A stretch of DNA of 64,000 nt. Origin: a phage. Positions within the stretch are counted from its first letter, which is position 1; each line of letters begins with the position of its first letter. The notes beneath the pieces are model-generated. The model saw only the letters and a program-made list of their open reading frames with translations. It was not told the DNA's origin and did not search any database. Where the stretch lies: the sequence record PX068454.1. One strand, 5' to 3'. The translations under genes were made by a program, and so were the position numbers. This document shows, piece after piece, positions 16,312-26,591 of this stretch.

Positions 16312-17538
16312 TTAAAATGGGATGTCATCATCAAAGACGTACTGTGCTGGATTCTGATCCATTGGGTCATCTTCCGCATCATTTACAGGAGGAGCGTCTA
16401 CAGTGTTTTGCTGTGGAGCTGCTTCCTGTTTGGCAGCCTGAGGTTCTTGATGGTCAGTGGACTCAGCACCGTTCTTGATCCAATCGTACAACGGCTCAGC
16501 TAGATTAGTCAAGACATCTTTTGCTTCTGCAGTAATTGCTACTGCAAAATCATCAACTTTCGTTTTCTTGTCAATACGGCGACAAGCGTTCAACACCGCA
16601 TTACCGACACTGGCACCTACTTCATCCTCAGTTCGGTTGGTGGCTTGAGCATACTCTTTCTTAAGCTCAATGGTGACTACGTGCAGTGTTTTAGCCACGC
16701 TTAGTGGGTCGTCCACCTTAAACCCGCGATCTAGGATGATTTGCAACGCATTGATGCTATGTCCCGTCTCCACACCAATAGGGTCGTAAGAGGATTTACG
16801 CTTGCCACCAGAGCCTTGGGTGCCGTTCTCTGCCTTAGGTGGATAGGCTTTGAAACCACTGATAATGTTTCCGGTGTCTTTGTCAACAATGGCTGCAACA
16901 CGACCACCTACCACCAGGTCTTTAAGCTGCTCATCAGTGACAACCATAGCACCTTCGCCAATCTTGTGGTCATTAACAGTAACCACGTTGCCAACAATCT
17001 GAGTCACATCACCATAGATGCGTAAAACGTCCTGATTGGCATTCTGCTGAGGTTTCTGCTTCTGGCCTTGTGATTGTGCACCTTGTTGCTGTTTTTGCTG
17101 CTGAGTCGCTGCTGGAGCCTCTCCTGCACCTAGCTTGACCATCTTAGCCAGTGAGCCTTTGTAATAGGTCTTACCGTTATGCTCGTTTGCCTTCAAAGGG
17201 ATATTTACGATCCATCCCGGTGTTACGGTTTCCCACTTGTCATCAATTTTAACAGAGACAGAGTCTTGATGACCCGGTTTAAGCAGTTTATCACCCATAC
17301 TGATCCAGACTTCTTCACCACCTTGAAGCAGGTTATCAGAGGAATCCAGTTCAGAAATCAGTAAAGAGATGGTGTGGCTGGACTCAATTTTCTTACCTTG
17401 CCACACAGTGGTTTTAATACCTGTTGTAGGATCAGCACCTTTGATAGGTTTGATGCTGACACGTTTAATCATGCCGTGAGCCAGTAAAACAGTTTCACGC
17501 GGATTCATCGGGTTAGCAAATTGTTGAATAACGCTCAT
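16312..17538 (-). CDS. ssb: single-stranded DNA-binding protein (408 aa)
   Basis: C-terminus ends DDDIPF, the acidic tail of bacterial SSB; Gln-rich linker. Confidence 0.7.
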   Translation of the reverse strand: MSVIQQFANPMNPRETVLLAHGMIKRVSIKPIKGADPTTGIKTTVWQGKKIESSHTISLLISELDSSDNLLQGGEEVWISMGDKLLKPGHQDSVSVKIDDKWETVTPGWIVNIPLKANEHNGKTYYKGSLAKMVKLGAGEAPAATQQQKQQQGAQSQGQKQKPQQNANQDVLRIYGDVTQIVGNVVTVNDHKIGEGAMVVTDEQLKDLVVGGRVAAIVDKDTGNIISGFKAYPPKAENGTQGSGGKRKSSYDPIGVETGHSINALQIILDRGFKVDDPLSVAKTLHVVTIELKKEYAQATNRTEDEVGASVGNAVLNACRRIDKKTKVDDFAVAITAEAKDVLTNLAEPLYDWIKNGAESTDHQEPQAAKQEAAPQQNTVDAPPVNDAEDDPMDQNPAQYVFDDDIPF

Positions 17539-17903
17539 TATTTGTCTCCTTGTTCTTCGTTAGTGTTTGCCGTGTGTGCAAACCCTGCTTGAATTAATTT
17601 GTCCTGAACTTGAGCCAGCAGGCCCATTGCAAAACTTGTGGTCCCAGAGAGGGCCATCAGCATATCTCGTTGTTGAGCTACCCAACCTAAGGCATAGTCC
17701 AAACGACGATATTTTTCTTCTTCACGCAAAGCTTGGAATAATTGTTCAGCCTCTGGCTGTTGTGTGAGCTCCTGAAGTCTTCCCATGAAAGAAGAAAGCA
17801 CTAGCAGAAGAGACACTTGATCTTTACTTAACCCTAAGAAAAATTCTTGAGGTTGTTCTTGCTCGTTCATCGCAACCGACGCTTGATCGTTCATTTGTTC
17901 CAT
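17538..17903 (-). CDS. hypothetical protein (121 aa)
   Basis: ORF track. Confidence 0.5.
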   Translation of the reverse strand: MEQMNDQASVAMNEQEQPQEFFLGLSKDQVSLLLVLSSFMGRLQELTQQPEAEQLFQALREEEKYRRLDYALGWVAQQRDMLMALSGTTSFAMGLLAQVQDKLIQAGFAHTANTNEEQGDK

Positions 17904-17986
17904 TATGGAATCTCCGATTTTATTTGAACAACATAGAAGGAGACACTATTTTAGCATCCCCTTCTGTAAATTACAATAGGTATTTG

Positions 17987-18232
17987 TTAGCCAATCACTT
18001 CGAAAGTTCCCCAATTCCCGTCCAGCAGGCAGGTGATCGGATCTCCATCGTCGTCAAAGATTTCAAAGTTTTCAGCATCCAGGATGTGGCCCTCGAACAC
18101 AATACTCTCGTCGCCACCACCAGAAATAACAGCGTATTCCTTACCTTGAGTCAAGTTTTGACACCCTTTGCCACCAAAACCTACTTCCACACAACGTACT
18201 TTCTGTCCTGCGCGAGCAACTACTTCAGCCAT
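17987..18232 (-). CDS. hypothetical protein (81 aa)
   Basis: ORF track. Confidence 0.5.
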   Translation of the reverse strand: MAEVVARAGQKVRCVEVGFGGKGCQNLTQGKEYAVISGGGDESIVFEGHILDAENFEIFDDDGDPITCLLDGNWGTFEVIG

Positions 18233-18249
18233 CTTAAGGTCTCCTGATA

Positions 18250-18570
18250 TTAATCGTCAAGTTCAAAATAGATTTTAACAGCTTCATCAAAGATTGGAAT
18301 CCCGATGTTGTTGATAAGCTGCCAAACTACCATATCTTTACCTGGATCTGGGAGAATGTCAACCTTTCTCCATGCGCTGTATATCCAGTTCGGACCACCT
18401 TCTGCACTAACTGGCAGATTTTCACCAGCTTCCTGTAGATACTTATACAGCAAAAGATATTCTGGATACTCTAGAACACTGTCCTCTGTAGTATATAGCA
18501 GTTCACGGTATACTTTTAAGAACCCTGCTGGGGTAATGTTTTCAGTCTTCATTTGCCGCTTCTCCTGCAT
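18250..18570 (-). CDS. hypothetical protein (106 aa)
   Basis: ORF track. Confidence 0.5.
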   Translation of the reverse strand: MQEKRQMKTENITPAGFLKVYRELLYTTEDSVLEYPEYLLLYKYLQEAGENLPVSAEGGPNWIYSAWRKVDILPDPGKDMVVWQLINNIGIPIFDEAVKIYFELDD

Positions 18571-18934
18571 TCATCAGGTCTGCCATAGCGTCACCCACGA
18601 AGAGAACAACCACATCGTTGACAGCGTCAGCATCATCTTTGTTGACGTTGCTGAATTTAGGACACACAGCAATGATCATATAGACACCGTTACCAACCTG
18701 GACTGTCCGTGTGGTGCACATCATGGCGGTATTTGTGCCTTCTTTGAAGGCGAAGCCTTGAAGACGCTCCTCTAAAGTGTTACCGGTAGATTTCAGAAGC
18801 GCCAGCTCGTCCAAGGCATAAATGATATCTCCGGAAGTTAGTGTTGCCTTGCCATCAGACACCATAATAACTCCATCAGCACCGTCAAGCTTAGAGGCTT
18901 CAAAGATATCAATATCCCAAATATTTTTCATCAC
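18542..18934 (-). CDS. hypothetical protein (130 aa)
   Basis: ORF track. Confidence 0.5.
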   Translation of the reverse strand: MMKNIWDIDIFEASKLDGADGVIMVSDGKATLTSGDIIYALDELALLKSTGNTLEERLQGFAFKEGTNTAMMCTTRTVQVGNGVYMIIAVCPKFSNVNKDDADAVNDVVVLFVGDAMADLMNAGEAANED

Positions 18935-19251
18935 GCTTCCTCGTCGTCTAAGGAGTTGAAGATTTCACCGAAGTATTCTAAGACTTCTAGCTCCCGTGTG
19001 GTGCAGAAAACACAGTCACCGTTGTCATCCTCGATAACGGCCTCTTTACCCAACACATCTACTTCAAGTTTATCGTTCAACAGGACAGCCCCTGTGTAAA
19101 CTTTGTCGGCTGTGCAGTCCCGAAAAGCAGAGTCTTTCTCCAGATAGTCTGGCTTAACCTTGGCTTTAATTCGTTGATATTGTTTGGTCATTGCTGTGGT
19201 CCCCTTTCGTTTTGATAGGGCCATTATATTAGGCCCCATCACTGTTGTCAA
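18931..19251 (-). CDS. hypothetical protein (about 102-106 aa)
   Basis: ORF track; likely ATG start at 19239. Confidence 0.5.
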   Translation of the reverse strand: MTTVMGPNIMALSKRKGTTAMTKQYQRIKAKVKPDYLEKDSAFRDCTADKVYTGAVLLNDKLEVDVLGKEAVIEDDNGDCVFCTTRELEVLEYFGEIFNSLDDEEA

Positions 19252-19254
19252 GTA

Positions 19255-19422
19255 TTAATGTTCAGGTTTATCGATCTCTTCTTGTGATAAAGGGGCCCCT
19301 TCTTCCAGGAGGGCTTTTACCAGAGGGTTCTCACAAAACTCTGCTTCATAAATTGCACCGACTGTGCAATCTTTAAAAGCTCGGTCATTTGCAACGCATT
19401 CTGACTTCAAAGTAATTTTCAT
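19255..19422 (-). CDS. hypothetical protein (55 aa, not in ORF track)
   Basis: RBS AAGGAGA then ATG; translation MKITLKSECVANDRAFKDCTVGAIYEAEFCENPLVKALLEEGAPLSQEEIDKPEH. Confidence 0.4.
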   Translation of the reverse strand: MKITLKSECVANDRAFKDCTVGAIYEAEFCENPLVKALLEEGAPLSQEEIDKPEH

Positions 19423-19498
19423 CTTAGCAGTCTCCTTAGTTATTTAAAAATCAACGCTCTGTTTGTGTGAAGCATCTTATATCTAATCTTACTTCTTG

Positions 19499-19897
19499 TC
19501 AATGACTATTTTCAATCAGCCACACAGGGTCGAGGTAAATTTGTTGGCGTGTTGCCCAATGACAAACTTCATTGTACATCTGAACCTCTTTGTCTGTCAA
19601 TTCACGAATAGGCTCATCTATACCCTCATTTTTGTGGTAATCCCAGTCGGCATCGATTTCCCACAGCCATGACTTGTTGTCACCACGCTTACGCACACAG
19701 AAGTCACCAGGACGGCCTGCCAGTGCATTTAAGAACTCGTTCTCTGCTCGCTCCTGAAGAATGCTAAGGAGCAAAACGTTGGAGCATGACCGTAAAATAT
19801 GCTTCAGCTCGCAGTCATCAATCTCAACTTCAATACGTTGTTTGACTGTGTGGGTACCTTTTACTAACATTCTACCTCCTCTATACAAACTCTGCAA
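19499..19897 (-). CDS. hypothetical protein (132 aa)
   Basis: ORF track. Confidence 0.55.
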   Translation of the reverse strand: MQSLYRGGRMLVKGTHTVKQRIEVEIDDCELKHILRSCSNVLLLSILQERAENEFLNALAGRPGDFCVRKRGDNKSWLWEIDADWDYHKNEGIDEPIRELTDKEVQMYNEVCHWATRQQIYLDPVWLIENSH

Positions 19898-20075
19898 GTG
19901 TTGTGTTGTTCACTGCACCGCAGTAAATGGAGTATCCCAGCCCATTAGGGTGCAGAAACCACGGCGTGCCGAAATTATCTTTCACGTAGACATCGCCGTT
20001 GCTTGTAAAGGGCCAATATTCTTCACCAAGGGTGAAATACCTGCTCATACCCTCAGCCAGATACTTTACTTTCAT
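19881..20075 (-). CDS. hypothetical protein (64 aa)
   Basis: ORF track. Confidence 0.5.
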   Translation of the reverse strand: MKVKYLAEGMSRYFTLGEEYWPFTSNGDVYVKDNFGTPWFLHPNGLGYSIYCGAVNNTTLAEFV

Positions 20076-20299
20076 AGGTCCTCTTCAACAGCTACAAACT
20101 TGGCAAGCAGGGTGGTTCCGTAGATATGATACTCACCGTTTGCCAGATGGGAGATAAACCAGGCAATCCCTTCCTCGTCTTTAATCATTTTGTTTGCACG
20201 AGCTTTATCGTAATAAACCTCGTAGGTCTTTCCTTCTTTAAAGAATGAAAGGTCTGCCATCTTTTCTTCTACAAAGGTAGCTTTAACCAAAGTCGTCAT
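20072..20299 (-). CDS. hypothetical protein (75 aa)
   Basis: ORF track. Confidence 0.5.
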   Translation of the reverse strand: MTTLVKATFVEEKMADLSFFKEGKTYEVYYDKARANKMIKDEEGIAWFISHLANGEYHIYGTTLLAKFVAVEEDL

Positions 20300-20670
20300 T
20301 GATCGGTCTCCTTCTTGTTAAGTCTGAATACTGCAATAATAGCATTTCCAAGGTGCAGTGTCAAATCATTTCCAAGATACCACAGCATCCCACGGTCATC
20401 TTTAATGAAAGGGTAACAATCTGGTGCCTTCCAGACATTGTACACTTTGCCAACCTGAAAGAAATCAGGCCCTGTTGGGATTTTAGTGCCTGGCCACACT
20501 TGAGATACCTGAACACACTCCACCTGCATAATAACAGGGATAGTCATAGATGTAAATGTTTTTGTTGGTTCTACTACCATAAAAGTTTCCTCTTTGCTCA
20601 ACAACACTTCCATGTGTTGATAGTTTACATTAGTGACAATCACCCCAATTACGACCACACAAGTATTCAC
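20296..20670 (-). CDS. hypothetical protein (124 aa)
   Basis: ORF track. Confidence 0.5.
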   Translation of the reverse strand: MNTCVVVIGVIVTNVNYQHMEVLLSKEETFMVVEPTKTFTSMTIPVIMQVECVQVSQVWPGTKIPTGPDFFQVGKVYNVWKAPDCYPFIKDDRGMLWYLGNDLTLHLGNAIIAVFRLNKKETDQ

Positions 20671-20983
20671 CTGTGATCTGGAACGGGACTCCCATCATTT
20701 TAGAAGCTTGCCAGAAGCAATGTACCACCATTTCACCCACAGGGCTCCAGATAAGTTCAAGCTTTCCGTCATCGTTCAGGATAGGATCGTACACCGTGTT
20801 TCCGTCTCTGTCAACCACTTCGTTTCCGTTCTCATCTTTGCGTGCCTTTTTGTACTTATGACCGTCGAACACATGAAGTTTGGCCTCCTGTTCTGCCTTA
20901 AATGCTTCCAGTTCTTCAATTGTGTCGAAGGTGTACACAGTCTTATACTTCGGTGTGTCAGGCACTTGAAGTTGGTACTCATC
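20630..20983 (-). CDS. DNA polymerase (family A), exon 2: motif C to C-terminus
   Basis: Frame opens as DEYQLQV and ends GRNWGDCH, like the Pol I/T7 C-terminus; no ATG, ORF track used TTG. Confidence 0.8.
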   Translation of the reverse strand, partial: DEYQLQVPDTPKYKTVYTFDTIEELEAFKAEQEAKLHVFDGHKYKKARKDENGNEVVDRDGNTVYDPILNDDGKLELIWSPVGEMVVHCFWQASKMMGVPFQITGEYLCGRNWGDCH

Positions 20984-21259
20984 CAATAGTTCAGGTAGGT
21001 CGTTAAGCTACCCCGCACCATTACGTGCATAGCCATACGTTTTCACGTAGGATCGGACCATCTCATATTCCTATGATAAGCAACCACAGGAATCCTCCCA
21101 TTTCGACCGCACTTGCTGGTCTACTTCCTTTCGGAATGGCCTCTGAGCGTTCGCTCTTTTGAGCGCTTCGTTGCGGATTACCTTGCCATAAGGTTTAGGC
21201 TTCCCGCAGTTAAAGAGGTTATTCGACATAGATTACTCTATGAAGCCACAATGTTATTT
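20984..21259 (-). ncRNA. candidate group I self-splicing intron (ORF-less, 276 nt)
   Basis: Joins ..IIYYH to DEYQLQV restoring HDE; 5' exon ends in U and intron ends in G; IGS GUGG pairs with exon CCAU; P/Q/R/S-like elements ACUGCGGGAAGCC, AAUCCGCAAC, CUCAGAGGCCAUUCC, GAGAUGGUCCGAUCC. Confidence 0.7.
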
Positions 21260-23683
21260 ATGGTAATAAATAATACGACGAACACCTTCATCGTACCACC
21301 CACGCTTCACCATCTGGTGGTGCATGAGTATCCCAACTAAGTCACACAGCGATGCACCACCATTCTGTTGGTATGCATTAAGTAAAGAGTGTTTAGATCG
21401 GGTCCAGATAGCATGACCATCAAAAGAGTAGATAAACTTCTTACCCGTTGCTTCCCAGAATTTCTCCAGATCCTCTTTACGCCCTTTAAGACCAGGGTTG
21501 GCATCCCAAAGCGCATCGATTACCCTTTGCCCCAACTCTGGGGAGATATCCAGCATATCTGCAACTTTATCTTTTTGTGCCCCATACATAACCCCATACG
21601 TGATAGGTTTACCGTCGTTACGAGACACCTCTCTACCTGCCACTTTTGTATATGCCTCAGCATTGTTTTGGTGTGCGTCCCCGTTACTTACAACATCGTA
21701 ATACAGGCCGTTGTCGAACTCAAAGGCACCCCAAGCCCCGATAAGCTGCTCTAAGTTGGACCCGTCAATACCGATCTCAAAGTATCCTGGAGGAACACCC
21801 CACAGACTACGCATCTCTTTACCCATAACCACTTTAGGAGATGGTTTAGGCATGTTTGCACAAATACTGTGTTTCTGTCGGGAAGTGTTTGTTAATCCAG
21901 AACTTTTAGCAGGAAGCTTATGGTCAATCTTCAAACGTGGGTGATTAAGAAGACCAGTATCAACCTTATCCTCCTTGATTGGATCAAGGACCGATCTGCG
22001 GTTTCGCAATGATAACCACAAGACGATATCTTTAGCCATCTCTCCGTTCAATTTTTCAAGATTCGGACATAGGTGTCCAAACGTATCTTTCAGTTGCGGA
22101 GAAGTAATAAGTGCCCTGGCTTTTCTACGTATTTTCCCGAATACTTCCTTTTTAATCCTTTCGGAGTTAGGAAAGCTTCGGAACTTGTGCACGGTTGTCT
22201 GGAACTTAGCATCAGTTTTGTTCCAGAAGTTGATAATCAGGTCACAATACTCTGACTCTAAAAGCTCGTCCATATATGCATATACTCGTGCATCAACATC
22301 TGCATCAGGTAGAGCTTTCTTCTTGCTGTCTTTAGTTACATCCTTAGTTCTCCACATTGTCGGAAGCCAACCAGCACTGATCAGGTATCGCTTAATGTCG
22401 TCCTGATTGCTGATTTTCATAAGTATCTTGCAGTCCGGCATTCGCTTCTGCTGTAGATCACTTATTGCCTGATCCATTAGCTCTTTAGGTAAAGGTTGTG
22501 GTGTTGAGGTGCCCTTAATATAGCCTCTCAAGAAATCAGCCATCTTATCGGGGTCTTTGCAGCCCATCTCTTCACACCATTTTATCCCCATCTTACTGAC
22601 ATCTCCTGTGGAGGTAAATGCTCGCTTAGGCGGGGCTTTGAACTCTAAAGCGCTCATATCTACAGGATAGCCAAGCTTATCTTTTAACCATTTCCAGCCA
22701 TTATTGGAAATTGTCCCATCTTGGTTGAACGGCTTTTCAGGGAATTTAGGCCGCTGAGATATTGATAACTCTTTTAAAGGAAGTTGAGGTTCAACACGAT
22801 CAGCGATCTCTTTCATCCACGCATCACAGCGGTCACGTAAAGCAATAGCCCCGTCTATGTCGAAATACACACCCTGACGGGCCTGCAGCTCCATCAGGAA
22901 GTGCTGCAGCATGCCTCGGCGTAATGCGTTCTTCCAGGTGATCTTCTTGAACCCTTTCGGCTTCTCTTTGGCAGGATCGTACATAAAGTTCTGCATGTCA
23001 GACTTGCCGTAGAATACACCTTTTGATTCCGCTACCAGTTCTTTCCAGAGCAGCTCCTGGATGATAACGTCCTCAAATACACGATCCACATACTTCCACA
23101 ACGGAAGATCGCGCCAGTCATCAATTTGAACTTTCTGGTTACCAAGAGCATAGCCCCATGCCATAAGGCCGTGAGGACCAACAGGCTGCATTTTCTTAGT
23201 GACCGGGTTGAATACAGAGTCCGGACAACCTTTTGGTAAAGGGCGATCAGGCCACAAGATTCGACTCATCGCCAACGTATCAAACAGGTTAACCTGGTGG
23301 TCGTTGATAGTCCCCATGCATTTAGGATCACGGAACATGTCAAAATGAATACCGGATAATCTTTCCATCAGCATAAAGTCATAACTGTAGCAGTTATGGC
23401 AGTTCAAAGCTGTTGGTGACCAGTCGGAATTGCCTGTAAGCCAACCTTCCAACTCCGAAAAATCTGCTATGCGAACTTCAAAATCTTTATAAAGAGTTTT
23501 CTTTGCCAGAATGAAGTTCTTAGCCTTTTCTATATCCTCCTCGGAGTAGTGTGTGCGGTCATTTAGAGGAAGGAACAGCATAAAACGGTTCTTATTCAGC
23601 TCTTTAAACAGACCGCAGTGATAATAAAGATCTGGGTCTTCCAGTAAACCGGATGACTCAAAATCGAACGACCACATGCTCAT
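21260..23683 (-). CDS. DNA polymerase (family A, with 3'-5' exonuclease domain), exon 1
   Basis: Exo motifs FDFESSG and CYSYD; motif A GIDGSNLEQL; motif B KPITYGVMYGAQ; stops one codon after YYH. Confidence 0.85.
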
Positions 23684-23741
23684 ATACAGTTCTCCTTAAA
23701 GGGGAGGTGGTTGTACTACCCCTCCCACTCTTTGTTAAACA

Positions 23742-25820
23742 TTAAAAAGGTGTTTCATCATCCTCAAAACCAGGAACATGGTCAGAGGACGGATCATCGT
23801 ACTGGAGGTCTTCCTGCGTGTCAACAGGCTTAACAGTAGGAGTTACAACCTTATCAGCCACAACCTTGCCCATAGGTGTTTCTACAACTGCATGCTCCTG
23901 ATCCTCAAACATAGCCTGAGGTCTCCAAACAACCTCCCCACCTTCTCCATCTGTAAACATTTGCATTTCTTTGTCCCAGTACCAATTACTGGCATCATGG
24001 AACTTACCTGTATGTGGGTCCATAACCAAAGTGTCTGCAATACCCAATGTTTTTGCTGGACGGTTTTTAAGACCTACTAAACGGACACGCCCACGAGAAC
24101 GATCCACCATTTCTTCGGCCTCGACACCTATGACTACCCAACTCAACTGTTCAAGCCCAGCCGATCCTCGCAAATTCTCTTTTCGCACAGGATACCAGAA
24201 AGGTAATGGGTTACCATCCTTGTCCTTAGGAGGCACAATCTCTGTACGTTTGAGGTGAGCGATCACCAAGATAAACACGTTAAACTGCTTACAAAACGCA
24301 GCCAGCTGAGTCATAGCCATGTCCAGTTCTTTTCGCTCATCTTTAACATTAAGCCCTGAAATTACCATAGACAGGTGATCCAGCACAATATAGCGACAAT
24401 GGTACAGGCAGACCATTTGCTTAAGCTTGGTAATCAACTCGTCCACTGGAATAGACCCGAAATGTTTGAACACTTTGATTTTTCCAGCTTTTGCCCATGA
24501 TTGGTGAATCTCTGCATGTTCTTGATCAGTTAAAAACTGGCTAGGATCTTCAACAAACTCTTTAACATCAAACCCTAACTGGTTTGCATACAAGGAGTTA
24601 ATTGCTTCCTCTGGGTCCTCCTCAAGATGAATCATGCATAGACGATCATCCTCTTCGTAGTCATCGGCCTTTGGACATGTCGGGTCCATTAGGTATCTTG
24701 CAATACAGTGTTCCAGTTTTTTGGCTACAGTTGTTTTACCACCTCCTGATGGACCTGTAAGCATTACGAGTGTCCCTTTGTGCAAGCCTTTTAGCATTTT
24801 TTGCAGTTTTGGAAACTCTGCGCTGATATCTACCCCGTTGGAAGTCTTTTTCCGCAAAGATTCGATAGAGAAGTCTTCTAAATCCGACACAGCATCAGGC
24901 ACATACTTAACAGGATGCCGGAACATGTTTACAATATCTTCCAGCTTTTTAGCCTTCAGCATGTCACGGATATCTTTTACACCATCAGGGTCGTTTACCT
25001 CGCCAGGATATTCCACGTGGTAAACGTTGTCAGCCATCAAAAATGCTGCAATATTATGTGTGGCTTCAACACCTTTGATAACGTGTTTTTGCTTCTCTAC
25101 CTCGTTAGCCGCATCGTTGTCCATTGCAAGGACCACTGTTCCGTAGCTACGGATAAATTTCTCATTGTTTGCAAAAGTATCTACTGCGTTTGCACATCCA
25201 CAGTTAATTCCGACAAAAGGCAGGCAGGGTTTTCCTGCCAAATCACCCCCGTTGATAACTGCATCGATCCCGTCCTGGACCTCTTTAGCCCACTGTTTCA
25301 CCTTTGCCGGGGCTTTAGCGTTGGTGAGAATCCCTTTTACTTGTATTTGATATGCAGCCTGCCATGCTGCAATAACATCACCTTCTCCCTCACAAACATT
25401 AATCTGCTTACGGTTGTTGGAAGATGCACACAGCTTTTGACCAAACATCTGGGAGTTAGCCTTTACTATGCCAACAACTGAGAAATGGCCCCTTTGCTCT
25501 TTAGGAATCGTCCAGTCACGCTTTTTGAAACCTGACAGATTTCCGTAGCGGTCGTAATATGGGAAATATGTTGCAGTAACTGTCACACCGTCTTCTTGAG
25601 ACAATGCTGATCGCACACCAAAATATTGTGCAGCCATCAGACCGATATTTTGTTGTGGAACAGGGACAATTTTAGTATTTTCTAAAACAGTCTCTACAGT
25701 TTCAACCTCTTTTTCATCACGATAGTCTCGTTTCACACTTCCCCCACTTTTATACTTAGTTGCTTTCGGGTTTGGCTCACCGAAACGGTTGTATGCAGAT
25801 GCCATAAATTTACTTCCCAT
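23742..25820 (-). CDS. primase-helicase (T7 gp4-like)
   Basis: TOPRIM-like LAMDNDAANE; Walker A GPSGGGKTT; 692 aa. Confidence 0.8.
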   Translation of the reverse strand: MGSKFMASAYNRFGEPNPKATKYKSGGSVKRDYRDEKEVETVETVLENTKIVPVPQQNIGLMAAQYFGVRSALSQEDGVTVTATYFPYYDRYGNLSGFKKRDWTIPKEQRGHFSVVGIVKANSQMFGQKLCASSNNRKQINVCEGEGDVIAAWQAAYQIQVKGILTNAKAPAKVKQWAKEVQDGIDAVINGGDLAGKPCLPFVGINCGCANAVDTFANNEKFIRSYGTVVLAMDNDAANEVEKQKHVIKGVEATHNIAAFLMADNVYHVEYPGEVNDPDGVKDIRDMLKAKKLEDIVNMFRHPVKYVPDAVSDLEDFSIESLRKKTSNGVDISAEFPKLQKMLKGLHKGTLVMLTGPSGGGKTTVAKKLEHCIARYLMDPTCPKADDYEEDDRLCMIHLEEDPEEAINSLYANQLGFDVKEFVEDPSQFLTDQEHAEIHQSWAKAGKIKVFKHFGSIPVDELITKLKQMVCLYHCRYIVLDHLSMVISGLNVKDERKELDMAMTQLAAFCKQFNVFILVIAHLKRTEIVPPKDKDGNPLPFWYPVRKENLRGSAGLEQLSWVVIGVEAEEMVDRSRGRVRLVGLKNRPAKTLGIADTLVMDPHTGKFHDASNWYWDKEMQMFTDGEGGEVVWRPQAMFEDQEHAVVETPMGKVVADKVVTPTVKPVDTQEDLQYDDPSSDHVPGFEDDETPF

Positions 25821-26574
25821 TAATTCTGCTCCTTACTACAGGCTCGTTTGCTAAGAATACGGCTTTTGCCCAGCCACGTGGTGTGAGGCTTCGGATCATC
25901 TTCGTTCTTGCACTCTTTCCACCCAGCTTGGCGTGTTGCATGGAATACCCGCTAACCGCGTCAACTATTTGCGGGACAGGTTTTGTGGCCGGGATTATAA
26001 ATCCATTACCTATCCAGCCGCAAGTTATTTTTGGATAGGCATCACGTGGAGCTATAAATTCAGGAAACCAGGGGTTTACATCATCCTCCGGTAAATACCC
26101 GCCATAGTCAGAAGGGTGAAAACGGTAATCAGGTTTGCGCCACAGTGTGGACATAACACCCACAGGATTCTCTACATGCCACGGGCAATCGTAAATCTCT
26201 CCCAACTCTTCTGCAACCCGAGCATCCTTTACAGCATTAATCTGGATCAACGGGTCCTTAGCCAGCTTCTTCTTAAAGTGTGCAGCACCTGACACCGCTA
26301 AGTGGGTGCACGGAGGAAATGCAAGAACAAAGTCCGGAGCTGGGTACATGCAGAAAGTTTCCTGAGGGAACCATGGATCAATCCAATAATCTACATAGTG
26401 AATATTTGGATGATCGGTGATCACCTCTGCATAACTGCCGTGGTCAGCACCTTCTGCGTTAAAGCACAGGCACAGATATCCAGCTTTTGCCCAGTCAATG
26501 ACTGCACCACCAGATCCGTCAAATAGGCTCCACACAACACCTTTGTGGTAGTGTTCTTTGTAGATAAATTTCAA
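25810..26574 (-). CDS. DNA (cytosine-5) methyltransferase-like protein, short form
   Basis: Motif I FDGSGG, PC-like FPPC, motif VI ENPVG; likely TTG start at 26574 after RBS AGGAGA. Confidence 0.55.
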   Translation of the reverse strand: MKFIYKEHYHKGVVWSLFDGSGGAVIDWAKAGYLCLCFNAEGADHGSYAEVITDHPNIHYVDYWIDPWFPQETFCMYPAPDFVLAFPPCTHLAVSGAAHFKKKLAKDPLIQINAVKDARVAEELGEIYDCPWHVENPVGVMSTLWRKPDYRFHPSDYGGYLPEDDVNPWFPEFIAPRDAYPKITCGWIGNGFIIPATKPVPQIVDAVSGYSMQHAKLGGKSARTKMIRSLTPRGWAKAVFLANEPVVRSRINGK

Positions 26575-26591
26575 TTTGCTGTCTCCTAATG

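Noticed and set aside
20984-21259. Polymerase split as a sequencing frameshift or two-subunit enzyme
   Set aside because: The gap is 276 nt with stops in the joining frames, exon 2 lacks an ATG, and the gap carries ordered group I core elements and correct splice-site nucleotides; intron is the better explanation.
21389-25481. Plus-strand ORFs of 60-190 aa inside the polymerase and primase-helicase genes
   Set aside because: Embedded antisense within long, motif-supported minus-strand genes.
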